Below are positions 25,450 to 39,258 of a stretch of DNA of 64,000 bases, in pieces. Under the pieces are notes generated by a model. It was not told the DNA's origin, did not search any database, and worked only from the letters and a program-made list of their open reading frames with translations. The translations under genes and the position numbers were made by a program. Source of the DNA: Octopus sinensis (taxonomy: Eukaryota); contig NC_043004.1 of NCBI RefSeq assembly GCF_006345805.1, positions 31,868,001 to 31,932,000 on the forward strand. Reading direction: 5' to 3'. Position 1 is the stretch's first letter, and each line of letters begins with the position of its first letter.

Positions 25450-28400
25450 GAGAACTGACCAACAATATTGTAGAAGTATTCTTCATAGATTATGGCAACA
25501 TTGAACTTGTTCCCAAGCATCTTATTAAAGTGACAAAACCAGAATTTATGGAGATGCCTGCTCAAGGAATTCCATGTTGTCTGCATGGAGTCACAAATGT
25601 TCGGAGTTATTGGTCACCAGAACACATTGCTCAGTTTGAAGACTTAGTTCTTGAACAGTTTTTCACTGCCACTTTCAAGTCTGTCAGTTCATCAGGCATC
25701 CATGCAGTTGAACTGAGTAAAGATGAAGATGTCTGTATCAACCTCATATTTGGTCAGCTCACTAACAGTCTTTGTTTAGCTGGTAATGATGAAGATGATG
25801 ATGACGATGATCAACTACAATGTGACCCGTCTCTTCGATCGGTCAGTGTTGGTCGTGATAGGTCCAATTTAAAGGTCACTGTTGCATCAGAATCAAGAAA
25901 TTCAACAAGCAAAAGAATCTCACCAAAAGGACGGTCTCCTGTAAAGAATGGTCGAAGTCAAAGGAATTTGCTCCCTAATGTCAATGGTTCTACAAGTGAT
26001 TCATATGCAAATGTGGGTTACCAAAACTACAAATTAAATGTTGGTGACAGCTTAGATATTTGTATGATATTTTTGATAAGTCCACATGAATTTTGGTGTC
26101 AGCCTGTCTGTATGGGCAATGCTTTGAAAAGCTTGATGAAGGAACTGAATGAAAACCAGTGTGACAATGCATATGGCACCTTTAAGACTATGCCGCCATC
26201 TCAAACACCATGTCTAGCTAAATTTACTGATGATGGCATGTGGTATCGAGCTGAAATAGTAGATGTGAAACAAGACCAAGCAGCCGTTTTCTATGTTGAT
26301 TACGGAAATGCTGAAATTTTACCATTTTCTCAACTGAGAATGTTGCCACATCGCTTTATTGATGTACCTACTATAGCTGTGAAATGTTCACTCAACTTAC
26401 CTCCCGGAACTATTTGGTCTGAATCTCAGATAAATGCATTACAGGACTTAGCACTTGATCACCGAGTCACTGCAAAAGTATTGTCATGTTTACAGAAAAC
26501 TTACGTCCTTGAATTGTTTGACCCACTGTCCAAAAAGAATCTAGTTTCCATTGTGGAAAATACAAATACTTTAAAACCCTTGACCATAGCGAATGGTACA
26601 AGTTTACCTGTTGTTATATCTTGGGTCAATAGTCCAGATGCTTTTTGGTTACAACTGGTCAGCAATGAACATCAGCTAGATGAACTAGTACAAAATATGC
26701 AAGATTATTACGACAAATTAAAAGAAAGATATGAAGGCCTTGTAACTGTTGGAACTTTTGTAGTTGCCCAGTTCAGTGAAGACTCTGCATGGTATCGAGC
26801 AGTTGTTGAAGAGATATTTGCTTCTAATGTACGTGTCCGGTTTGTGGACTTTGGCAACGATGAAGTTACACCTATAACTAATCTGAAACCACTTGTTCCT
26901 GTATTCACCAGACATTGTTGTCAAGCTGTGCGTTGTCGCTTGATTGACATTAAACCAATCTCTTTTGGAGAATGGGGACAGGATGCAAAACTATTTTTGG
27001 AAAACATTGAAGAAAATGTCCTGTGTACTTTCAAGAAACAGGTTCAAAGTATATTCCATGTAGAACTGAAACTCAATGGAGTTTCCATAGCTGAGAAATT
27101 CTTACAGTTAGGACTGGCTGCAATAGTAAATGTTAAGCCTCAACAACATCAGGAACCAAATGGACATCGCCAGTCAAAAAATATCATTCAAACTTACAAA
27201 GTTATACAACCACGTTTTGATAAACCAGCTGCTGTAGTAGTCTCTTACTACACTTCCATTTTTGATTTCTGGTGCCAGTTAGTTGGTTTTTCTGAGGAAT
27301 TAGAAATGCTGATGGATTCATTGGTGGCAGATGGCAACTCCTCGACTCTTCCCCATATTAAACCAGGTGATCTGGTTGTTGGCAACCCATGTATTGCCAA
27401 AAACTTGGGGAATAAGACTTGGTACCGAGCACTAGTGCTCGACATACAACACAACAATGTTGATGTTCTCTTTGTCGATTATGGAAATACTGAGAGAGTA
27501 ACCTTTGAGAATATTCGTCAGATGACTTCCAAATATATGCAACTACCTCGGTTAGCTTCCCACTGTAAGTTGTCTGATGTATATTCTCACCTCTCTATTG
27601 TAAATGGTGTTTTTTCAGAACTTGTTCTCGAAAAATCAGTACAGGCCAAGTTCTTAAATTATGACCAGACTACTGAAATTTATGAAGTGGATCTGATTGT
27701 GGACCATAATACATCTATTGTTGTCCACTTAGAACAGTTCATATCTAGCTCTGCTGCTCAGACATCAACTGCTCTTCACTTACCTGATACAATATCACGA
27801 AGTAATTCAAAGCTTTCCGTTATTTCCAATGACGATAAACTACCAACTGGAGACATCAAAGAAATCTCTGTTTCCTATGTATACACACCAGAATGTTTTT
27901 ATGTCCAGTTTTTAGATGATGATGATGTGATAGAAAGCTTAGCTGACGAATTAAATAGTGAATATTCGAAGCAGTATTGGTTGGAGAAGTCTTTGACCTT
28001 AGTTGAAGTGGGAATGTTTTGCTGTGCTAAATATTACCTTGATGATCAATGGTATCGTGCAGTTATAGTTGATTACACTACTGATGATGCTGCTGTTCGT
28101 TTTGTTGATTATGGTAATCAGGAAAGAGTTTCCCTCCAAGGCATCAAACCACTCGCTGAAAAGTTTCAGTCTATTCCATTTTTGGCTTATAAATTTTCTT
28201 TGGCTAATGTAATGCCCATTGAAGAGGAATGGTCAAGAAATGCCTGTGATATATTTGAAGACTTAGTTTTCAGCAAAACACTAACCATCCAAAATATTGG
28301 CCAAGGAATGTGTATTTTGATTGATGATGGTAACAACATTGCTTCTCTCTTTATCAAATCAGGATGTGCTAAGAATCTTATCACTGAATCAGCTATGCTG

Positions 28401-29100
28401 ACACAACCGTCCAGTGCTGTGGAGCCACCAAAATCCTACTTGGATGTCATATTTGAAGATGAAAATGTTTTTGAAGCTAAAGATTCAATGCCAGATGTGT
28501 TGTTTGTTTCAAAACTTTTTGCTAACACTGCTGTGCCTTCTGAAAAAGTTCAGTGCCGCATGACACATATCACAGACAGTAAAAAGCCTGGAATTTTCTA
28601 TATCAGGCTTGCAACCATGGAAGAACAGTACTCAGAACTGTCCAAAAAACTCTGTTGTCAACCAGTCAATTACTGTGGCCCATCACTTAAAATAAATACC
28701 CTCTGTAGTGTGTTTAACCCCAATTCCTCTAATTTATGCCGTGGTGTTATTATTAGTGCAAAACCTAACCTCTTACTTGACATAAAATGTATTGACACTG
28801 GAGAGTATTTGAAAGATGTTCCTGCATCTTCTGTACTTAATATTACTGCTGATACCAACTTGACTACACTTCCTCCCCTTGCTCTGCCATGCACCTTAAA
28901 AAGTTGCCAAATGTGGAATGACCGCCTGCAAAGCAGGTTCCATCTCTCTACAAATGCAAAATCCCTGTTTGTAAGCTTTGAATCTAAATCTAAGCCATAT
29001 CTTGTTGAACTCTACTCTCTAGATGGACAGTTACTTGCTGAAACTGTTTCTAATCAGGTCTCAATGCAAAATATTATCCAAAACCCTAATACAGATAAAC
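25450..29100 (+). CDS. Multi-Tudor protein giant exon (3651 bp; end of eTudor 1, eTudor 2-6)
   Basis: Repeated F(W/Y)xQ...PCxAxF..D..WYRA...F(V/I)DYGN motifs in ORF 25530-29153; phase 1 splice sites at both ends (ttcAG 25449; GTAAGT 29101). Confidence 0.97.
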
Positions 29101-29690
29101 GTAAGTGTTCAATTTCATTTCTAAAACTTTTTGCCTTCAGTATTGTCTTTTGACAGTACAGTTTGATTAACCAGAAATTGTTTAACACCAACATCTCTCC
29201 AAACTTCTTTCTTTCCAGCTGCTTCTTCACGTAGCATCTTTAAAGTTGTCCCTTTAGATCTACTATCTACATTTTGTATGTCATATTCTAGTACACGTTT
29301 TGCTTTTAGGTCTTTGCTATTTGAGTGGCCCAGTAACCTATAGCATTCTTAGTTTTACTCTGCTAATGCCCACAACTTAAAAATTGTAGCTAGAGATTAA
29401 TGAAGTGATGCCATAAGGATTAACTTTCCAAAAGAAAAAAAAATCACAAAGAATGAATGATAGTAGCAACATTTACTGCTTCTGTAAAGTAACTTATTTT
29501 CCTTTTACAGTATTATTTAATGTAATATCTCACAGAAACAACAAACTTTTTTTTTACCTATTTCATTGATATACCCTAATTAAACATTATTAATGTGGCA
29601 CATTGAAAACTGATTGACAACCTGTAATGATAGTTTGCCTCTTAGTTCTGAATTACCATCTATCTGGTTATCACATGACTCTTATTTCAG

Positions 29691-30819
29691 ATTCAGAGTT
29701 ACCATTTGCTAGCAGCCGCATTGCAAATCAAATTTTTTCTTTTACAGATATTCTTCAGCCATTGGATCTTCTTCAGTTTGAATGCCTTGGTGTATATGTA
29801 ACCCACCTAGTTACACCTGAGAACTTTTGGTGTCAGCCTGAAGAGAGTGTTGTTTCTCTGAAACAGCTTGAGAAAGAAATGAACCTGTATTGTAGCAATT
29901 GTGATAAAGGGAGTAAGGCTGTGGATCTCCAGCTGTCCTCTCTGTGTGTTGTCAGGTCTGCTAAAGATGGTAAATTTTACCGGGGCAAAGTACAATCTTT
30001 GAAAAAGTTTAGCTGTGATATTCTACTTGTTGATTTTGGTAATACAGAAACTGTTGAACGCAAAAGCATTTGGCCATTGCATAAAGACTTTACAAAACTC
30101 CCAATGCAAGCATTTGAATGTCATTTGGCCTATGTGGAAGGCAAAAATAATTCATGGTCCCAGAACTCTTTCAGTATCTTTCAGAATTTATGCCTAAATC
30201 AGTTGATGACAGCTGAAATTTGCAGCATTCTGCAGCACCCTGGTGGTACAGGATATGTGATAAACTTAACACTGAAAGGTAAGAATGTTGCTGAACTTCT
30301 TGTAGAACGAGAAATAGCTGAAGTCTATGACAAAGTTGAACTTTCAAACGATGTTATTGTTGACCGTTCTGTTATGGATGTAATTGCATGGCTGCAGAAA
30401 CAACAGTACCGGTGGAACCTGGTCTGTGGAGAATTGCTGAATATTCAAATCTGCAGTGTTGTATCTCAAAAGGAATTCTGGATAAAAATGTTTCCAAAAG
30501 TGCCTATTGTTGATAAGCTAAAAGATCTAATGGAAAAAATTTACCGAAGTTTAGCTCCTACTGAAGCTGCTGTAAGTGAATACCAAATTGGTGTTTTATA
30601 TGCTGTTGTTGCTCCTGATGAGAATGTTTATCGAGCCATCCTAAAAGCTGTCACCAAAGAAGATTTAACAGTTTTTGATATTGACTGTGGTCTTACAAAA
30701 GTAGTACCTAGGGACTGTCTCAAAGAATTGTTTCATTTTCTTGCTGACTTACCACCTTTAGCCATCCATTGTGAAATAGCCGAAGACCCAACTTCTGAAT
30801 CCTTTGTATCAGATTTATG
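29691..30819 (+). CDS. Multi-Tudor protein exon (eTudor 7-8)
   Basis: VTPENFWCQ..KFYRGKV..LVDFGN and QKEFWIK..VYRAIL; ttcAG acceptor at 29690 and TG|GTAAGT donor (phase 2). Confidence 0.95.
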
Positions 30820-31803
30820 GTAAGTGTTTTTTAAACTACATTATATGCCTATAACACTAAATACCAGTTGAATCTTAGTTGATGTTAAAGTTTACAATGG
30901 GAACAGGGTCATGTATTTTGATCAGAGAGTTGACTTGGAACAAAAAAATTTAACAAAAAGAATGTGTAGCATGAAAGACACACTGTTAAAACAAAAATTT
31001 CCCTCGTTTATGTATTTCTGCATCAGCTGTTATGAATGTAACGATGTGATTGGTAATAGGAAGGACATCTAGTCATAGAACTCCAAACCAAGAATGAAAT
31101 GAATAAGCAAAATGTGGTCCTCTGACTTATTTAGGAGAGGATGAACTTTGAATAAGAACTGATTCAGTCTTTGATGCATCGATATTTACAAATATATATT
31201 TTAATTGTCATAGCATATCTCTTTACTTATACCAAGTTTATTTTACAGAAATATGATAGGTGCAGGCTTGGTTTTATGGTTGAGCACTTCACTTCCTAGT
31301 GATTTTGAGTTCAGTCCTGGTGTGTGTTACATTTGGCATGACTTCCGCAATAGCATGTGACCAAATAAAGTATTGTGAGTGGGGTTATTAGACTGGAACT
31401 GAAAGATCATCATGGTGTGTTAGTTTACATCTGTGATTGCTTGTATGAAAGTTATAAATGGCAGTGTCATTATAACCAGTCACTTCATATCCCTTGGAAG
31501 CCATGTGAAATAAAAGATCTCTTACTTGCAAAACAGGTAAGAATTATCCATCAAGGACAGCATTCAACTGTAAAACAATGTCTCGATAGCATATTCATCT
31601 AGCTCTTGCTAGCACGGAAAAATGGACATACAATGAACAACACACACATATACAAACACTTTGGTGTTACTCAATCCTTGTAGAGTTCATTTATTAAAGC
31701 TAATGATTTACAATAACACTACTCTTGAAGAAATGAATACAAATGAGAAACTAGGAATAACAAGTACATTGGAGTAAATTATTAGTTTCGGCTCTCTCTC
31801 TCT

Positions 31804-33322
31804 TTATATTCTATAATTTTCACAGACAATAAATACGATATTAATTGTTATTGTCTGAGATTTTGGTGTAATTTGAGAGGATAATACAAAAGTTATGGAT
31901 GATTTAGTGATTTACTGCAAAATCCATGGCGGCCAAAATGATCAGAACGGTTGCTTTTACTCCGTGTTTTAGTATATTTAACCGGCGAACCCTAATGTTT
32001 TGAATTTATTTACGTGACGGTTCGTTTACTAAACTTTAGTAAGAATATCTGCAGTGTACTTTGTTAATATAATGCCACTTACTCCGTTACCAATTTGTCA
32101 GCAGATTATTAAGCTTCGAAAAAAGGATAATTTAAGTATTGGGTCTATTGCAAAGATTGTTAACAAGTCAAAAAGTGTTGTTCACGGTATTCTTAAGGTC
32201 TACAATGATTGTGGTTCATGTCAAGCAAGAAAGTCTACAGGTAGGCCAAGAAAAACGACCTAGAGAGAAGATCGTGCTATGGCAAATTTAAAACTGCTGC
32301 TACTGTTTCTCGGGAAATGAGCGTTGTACTGAAGAAAACTTTATCTCGAAAAACTGTGTCTCGTCGTTTAGTTGAACATGACCTACAAGCAAGAGCACCT
32401 GCAGTAAAGCCACTGATCAGCTCCAAGAATAAAAAGTGTTGTCTTATCTTTGCAACCGAACATGTGTTGTGGTCTCAAGAAAAATGGCAAACGGTGCATT
32501 TCAGTGATGAATCTAAGTTTGTTATTTGGCTCAGTTCGTCGAAAAGTAGGTGAAAAATTGTCGCCTAAATGCCTTAAGACTAGTGTTAAATTCGGCGGAG
32601 GAAGTGTCATGGTTTGGAGGATGATATCTGGGGATGGTGTGGGCCCTTTGGTGCGATTACATGGAAAGGTAAATTCAGGAGTTTATAAACAACTTGTAAA
32701 AGATCATGCCTTGCCTGTGCTGAGAAATTCAACTAAGCGATCACCCATATTCATGCAGGACAATGCCCCATGTCACAAGGTTAAAGTGGTTATGAACTTC
32801 CTCAAGGCTGAAAAGGTTATTGTTATGGATTGGCCTGCTCAAAGCCCAGATCTCAATCCTATTGAAAATGTGTGGAATATTCTAGGAGAACGTTTGAAAG
32901 CCAGAAATCCTAAAACAACCGAGCAATTATGGAATGCCCTTAAGGAAGAATGGAATAAGATCACCCAGCAAGAAATTGAAAATTTAATTTCCTCATGCAG
33001 TCGAAGATGTCAAAGTGTGATTGAAGCTAAAGGGCTTCACACTAAATATTAAATAATTCCAGTATTCTCTGTCATTTTTGATTATTTTGTTATTTTTTCA
33101 ACCGTTCTGATCATTTTGGCCGCCATGGATTTTGCAGTAAATCACTAAATCATCCATAACTTTTGTATTTTCCTCTCAAATTACACCAAAATCTCAGACA
33201 ATAACAATTAATATCGTATTTATTGTCTGTGAAAATTATAGAATATAAAACAACTTTGATAAAAAATTATACCTACTTTTCTGACGAAAACAATGCCGTT
33301 CTGAACATTTTGGCCACAACTG
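31804..33322 (+). mobile_element. Tc1-family IR/DR transposon (DD34E) with truncated left TIR and disrupted transposase
   Basis: Transposase 32072-33052 has GRPRK, FSDESK, QDNAPCH and SPDLNPIE (34 residues between D and E), a stop at 32261 and frameshifts. Right TIR 33099-33322 ends CAACTG|TA; left TIR 31804-31953. Confidence 0.93.
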
Positions 33323-33417
33323 TATATATATACATAATATTGTGTCCAATGTAAACAAACAAGAAATGTTGAAATGTATAGTAGAACAAGTAGAAAGAAA
33401 AATTTTAATCAACACAT

Positions 33418-33451
<34 letters not shown>

Positions 33452-33459
33452 ATATATAT

Positions 33460-33620
33460 TGCTTTCCATGCTGGCATGAGTTAGACGGTTTGCCTGAAAC
33501 TGATAAGCTGGAGGGTTACATCAGGCCTGATTTGGCATGGTTTCTACAGATGGATGCTCTTCCTAATGCCAAACACTCTGAGAGTGTAATGGGTGCCATT
33601 TACATGACACTGGCAACAGC
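33460..33620 (-). mobile_element. RTE 3' tail fragment
   Basis: ctttccatgctggcatg..ggatgctcttcctaatgccaa matches the other tail copies. Confidence 0.65.
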
Positions 33621-35306
33621 CGTGTGTGTTGTATATATATATGTGTGGTGTCTTGCCTTTGAAACATGCTTGAGTCTACATGCTTGAGTCTACTAGCGAC
33701 AGCTGATGTCGGGGGTTTTTTCCTTGTGTAGCACGTCCTGTAACTGTTTTTTTGTTTTTCCCGTTTCTACGTCTTGTGGTGTCCTGTACTCACGTATAAT
33801 TATTTATATATGCATGTATATATACATGTAGATGTAGGTATGTACATATATGTTTGTATGTATGCATATATTTTTATTTATCACATTATATATATATATA
33901 TACATACATACAGAGAGAGACACAGAGGTGTGACTACATCTGAAAAATTTTGAATTTTCCCCTACAGATATGAATTAATTTCCTAAGTACTATTAGACAG
34001 GGGCTACCTGTTATAGGGCTGAATTCCTGGCCCAATTTCAGTCTCTGGGTTTTTAAAAATCTTGCATCATTTTTCCATTACAACAAATGTAATTTATTTT
34101 TACCCCTCATATGAATCTGAGGGCTTCTCTTGAAATAAAAAAAATAGTAATTAATTGAACTCTGTAAAATAAAAACTGGATGTAAACTACCCTTGTTTAG
34201 TGTATGATATTTAAACCACCCTGTCGAGCCCAGATATCCTGCCTGTTTTATGTTCAAACCGGTTAGATCCAGCTTCTCACATCCACCCTACAATGTCATT
34301 CTAAAAATAATCAATCACATCACTGAAGTCTTGAAGCTATGAGACAATGCATGATTAATTCAAAATAATGTGAATAAGTAAATATTTCATTTGACAGTAA
34401 TTGGAATGTTAAAGGGTTAATAGATGTTTAGTAGTTGAGTGTGTATATATTAATATATACATAAATATAATTGTTTGCCTGGATAATAAGCTTCTTTTTT
34501 TTTTTTAATTGAGAATTTGTGTACAATTTTGAGTCATCCAGTTTTTTACTACTTGTTCCCATTTTCAGACTTTATTGACCTTGGAAGAACAAGTCTTGTC
34601 TATTAATGTTTGAAATTTTGTTTACCTTTTCTGCTTTATGACAAAAAAAATCTTTGCTAGTGACTTAAGTATAATAATATATTTTTCTTTAAAACATCAT
34701 ATCTTGTCAATCTTGTTCTACAGATGATTCCTAAGGATTGTCATTTAGCTGTAAAAAATGTATTTTATTTACTTTATCTCAATTGGTGGATAATAGTATT
34801 GCCGGTTTCTAATGATCCAGGAAGTTTCTTAAACTCAGCATAGAACAAATATCACAAGGGAATTTGTTTGAGAAACATTGTAATATATACATAGTGCATC
34901 AGTTTTTTGAGGACACTTTCAAGAGCATTGACTTTCTAACTTATTCTTTTTATCTTACTTTTCTGAAAATTGCTGTCGGGCATCAGATTGACTCTGCAAA
35001 TGAAAAGGCAGAGTATGCAAGAGAAGACCATCCTGTTCATCAGTGCAAGAAGTACATTTATTACTTGTTGTCATCATTTTCCACCTGGTTTCTTTGTTAG
35101 GATGAGTTGTATTGGTCATCATGGCCCAAGTTCTTATTCTGTGTTATTAGACTTGTGAGTAGGTTAGAGTCTTGTGTTTTTCTTTGACTCCATATTTTGG
35201 CATGGTTTTTGTGGCTAGATACCTCCTAACAACAACCACTCCACATAATGTTCTGTTCATTTTAATGCCATTTTTCCAGGTTAGCATGATTAATTTCTCT
35301 TTTTAG

Positions 35307-35396
35307 GACTGGACAGATGAAGGTCAAAGAGTGTAAGGAAGACAACCTCTATGTGGTGTCCTTAATACCTGCAGAATTATCTTCTAGTCATAACAG
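35307..35396 (+). CDS. Multi-Tudor protein 90-nt exon (TGQMKVKECKEDNLYVVSLIPAELSSSHN)
   Basis: ttttAG acceptor and AG|GTGAGT donor, phase 2-2. It bridges exons 29691-30819 and 39259 in frame and supplies the closing strands of eTudor 8. Confidence 0.85.
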
Positions 35397-38093
35397 GTGA
35401 GTACTTCAATATCTGTGTGTGTAGATGTTTATGTGTGTCTGTTTGACCATATATGTATATATAGATTTGCATACTTGTGTGATATTCTCATTAAACACAA
35501 TCTTGTATTTGAACATACTTCTTAACCCAGGGACACTCAGTCAAAAAGATCATAGCTTAAGAATGCTTCTCCCTTAAAAATGTACAGGGAGTTCATTCTG
35601 TATATAACACATTCCAATGTTGAAATAGTTGAATAAACTATCATGATTAAACTAACTTTCAACTTTTTTCCTGTAGAGAAATTCCAATTTTCATGATGTC
35701 TGATTTTGGCAAAATTTAAAATTTCTTAAAACCTCAATCCAATCATTTTTGTCATTTGAACATGTCTTGATAATTCCTTTCTGAACAAAATTCTAGAATA
35801 GATCTATTTCAACAGGTTTCATGTGAGAAATTTTTTAATACCCTAAACCTTTTCACTTGATAATTCCACCACCATACATTTCTTGCTCTCCCCTTGCACT
35901 ATGTCGGTCTCCCCTAACACATACTGGCAACCACACATCATCTCTCTCTCTCACGCTTATCCTTATCTACATTACTCTTTTGCTGCTCTTCAACCCTGTG
36001 TATCACTGGATGTTCACTCCTTCTTCATCATCTGCTACTGTTGTTTGTTAGTTTCCAGTTCTCCATCTAACAACGTTTAGGCCATTTGTTATTCAATAAA
36101 CTGGGTGAGGCGATGTTTATTATTGTTTATCATTGGTTGGAAACTGATTGAGGGTTGTTGGCATAAGGAAGAGTATCTGGTTATAGAAAACTCTACCTCA
36201 GTATAATCTCACTTGATGTATTCAATTAGGGAAAAGATGATTAAACAGTGATAATGGTAAACCAATTTTTGCCATCAATAGCGTGCTGAAGTGGCTTATT
36301 TATGACAACCCTGCTTTCTCCAATTTATCAACTGAACACTCTTCAAACGATTGCTTCAATAGATAAGCCATTTTACCCATGTAAATTAGATACAAGGCAA
36401 GTTTATGATAGCAGTCATTAATACAGCTCTTGAAGATTATCTAATATTGATTTGACTTAAATGGATCTCAAGTCATTGCCATGTTTTGCTTTTAATTCCT
36501 TCTTGATATCTGCACCTTAAAAGGAGTGGTGTCAGGTTCCAATTGCGCATTATTCTCTACATCATACATAGACAACAAACAGAAAATATCAAAGAATGCC
36601 TCTGCTTTGACAGAAATCATCTACATTAATATGCTAATGTCAAATGTGTGATGCTGTCTTGTAGTTAGTTGAAGGAGATAGTGAAAACAGAGAAAGAAAA
36701 GTGTTAATAAGAGCAAAGAGAAAGAGATTATTATTTTTAAATGGTTGGTTAGTTGAAGGGAGAGAGAACAATAGAATGTGATTAGTGCAGGGGAGAGGCA
36801 ATGGAAGTATGCTTACTGAGGGCATCACAAAAGTAGAAGTCAGTACTGTTAAGTGATATAAAGTAAAAAAAAATAATAAATAACAGCTAATAAAGTAGAA
36901 AACCTGAGAATATAGCATTCATATATAACGGTGACACTAACTTACAATCTCACACAATGTCAAAACAAAGAGACACGAAGACACACATACATGTATACAC
37001 ACACACACACATATCTACAGATGTCTTTCAACTTCATCTACCACATCCACTCACAAGGACTTTGTTGACCTAGGGCTAAAGGGTTATAATAGAAGACATT
37101 TGCCAAAGGTACCAATAATGGAATAGTTAAGAAGTTCATGTATAGCTTTCTTGAGAGTGTACTTTCAGTATTACCTATATGGACTGTTACACTATCTCAA
37201 GAAAATTCAAATGCTCGAGAAAAACATACAATTTCATCTTAAAATTTTAAAATAACTATGGAATCTCCATAGGTATTGCTTCTTTTACATCAATCAAATA
37301 TCAGTTTTCTTTATAGATGCCATAAACGTTATAGTTTCTTGTGTGTGGCAGCAGATTTGTCTGGTACTTCAGAACAATAATCATATGCAAGCACACATTA
37401 CTCAAACCTAGTTCAGTCTAGATCTAGACTTTCACTCTACTCCTCACTACTGAAAGCTTATACTGTACACATCAGCAACATCTTATCCATCATCAATATC
37501 CATGTATGACTAGATTGATGGATGATTTTGTAAAGTAGTTGTTGTTTGTGTAGTGTCATGTATTGTTATTGGTTTCAAATATTAGTACAAGACCAACAAT
37601 TTCTGGGGAGGGATCAGTCGATTACATTGACCCCAGTTCTCAACTGGCACTTATTGCATTGACCCCGAAAAGATGAAAAGTAAAGTTGATCTAAGCAGAA
37701 TTTGAAATCAGCCTGACGAAATGCTGCCAAGCATTTTGCTTTGCATGTTTATCATTCTGCCAGTTTGCTGCTTTAGTGTCGTGTATGTTATTGTAACTTT
37801 ATAGGTATCATTTTTACCTTTACTGTGATTGCCTCTCAACTCATCTCTTTCATATTCTAGCAGATGAACATTAATTTTACTCTTTAAAACTTGACCGAAT
37901 GGAGCTAATTGACATTATTTCTTGGAATGTGACACAGATATTCAAAGACAAAATCTTTGGCAATGTGTTAGTGTTGAATGTACAATACTGCACAGCTGTA
38001 TATGCTGGTACTAACTACCAGAACATAAAGCAGGAGTTGAACTTGTAATATGTCTATCAGGTATACTAAAGTATGGATGATTATTATTGCTCT

Positions 38094-38305
38094 GGAGGTG
38101 AGCTGGCAGAATTGTTAGCATGTAGGACATAATTGCTTAGTGGCATTTTGTTCATGTTTATAGTCTGAGTTCAGATTCTTCTGAGGTTGGCTTTGTTTTT
38201 CATCCTTCAGGGTTGATAAAATAGATACCAGTTAAGCACTGGGTTGATACAAATGACTAGACTCTGCCTTCTAATTTTCAGGCTTTGTGCCTATAGCAGA
38301 AAGGG
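38094..38305 (+). mobile_element. tRNA-derived SINE, family B (degenerate)
   Basis: Homologous to 43453-43677. Minus-strand copies lie at about 37590-37780 and 58180-58310. Confidence 0.7.
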
Positions 38306-38482
38306 TTTTTAGTGTTAGTTTTTAGATTTAGTTTCTGTTATAGCCACCTGGCCCATTATATTGGTGTTCTTTATACTTATAACAATAAATTATATTGAAT
38401 TAAATTATCCTAAGTTTCTGTATCTGTCTTATATAACCACCACTTTGTCAGTTATATTAGAGCTCATCAGGAGCATCATACA

Positions 38483-38993
38483 TCTATATATATAAAACTG
38501 TAGTTGTGTGAGTGTCTGTCTCCTACGATTTAGATTCCTAACTACTCCCACATTTTGCGGTGCAGTTTAACCAGATTCGGGTATCTTATAGTCGTGATTC
38601 ATATCGAGCCCGTCTGGGTATTAGCGCGCGTCTACGATGAGTCTACGATTTAAAAATAATTTAACATAATTTTTTTCCATTTTAACGCATATTTTTTCGT
38701 GTGTCGATGGCGGCGGAGTTGGCATCCATGGTCACACCTGCACTTGTGTTGCTTCTCCCTCTTCTTCCCTCCCTCGTGAAGCTGTGGGGAAGGGAGTGTA
38801 AGGAAATCAACGTCGTAAAGCATTGTCAAGGAGACCAGCGTTCTTTTAGAACAACGACTTCATGGCTTGAAGACACCAAAATTACCATCATTTTTTATTC
38901 CATTTTTAATGCATTTTTTTGCTATAACTCACTAAAAATGCTTATATAGTTATTTCCCTTACAAACCCGAGCAACGCCGGGCGATACTGCTAG
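38483..38993 (+). mobile_element. Non-autonomous Helitron, copy 2
   Basis: A|TC 5' end, hairpin cccgagcaacgccggg and CTAG|T 3' end; colinear with 6606-7243. Confidence 0.88.
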
Positions 38994-39258
38994 TATAATA
39001 TCAAATGGTTATTGGAACATTTACCAAAATATGACAAATTCCCTTAACTTCATTTTTACTGTCTTCTGTAAATATTTTGATGTGAATAGATTTTCAGTAG
39101 ATCATATGTTCCAATTTTCTTGTTCTAAGTAACTGAAAGTTTGCCCTCAGTCTCTCTGGTGATTCAGGAAAATAGACTTGTGTGTGGTGACTTTTTCAGA
39201 TGTTTTTCAATGTAATTGTTTTAATAGTTCAGTAATTTCTGTTTGTTTTACTTTGTAG

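Noticed and set aside
34724-34760. Acceptor-like ttctacAG and possible small exon
   Set aside because: It would create TGA after the phase-2 end of exon 29691-30819 and is not needed for domain continuity.
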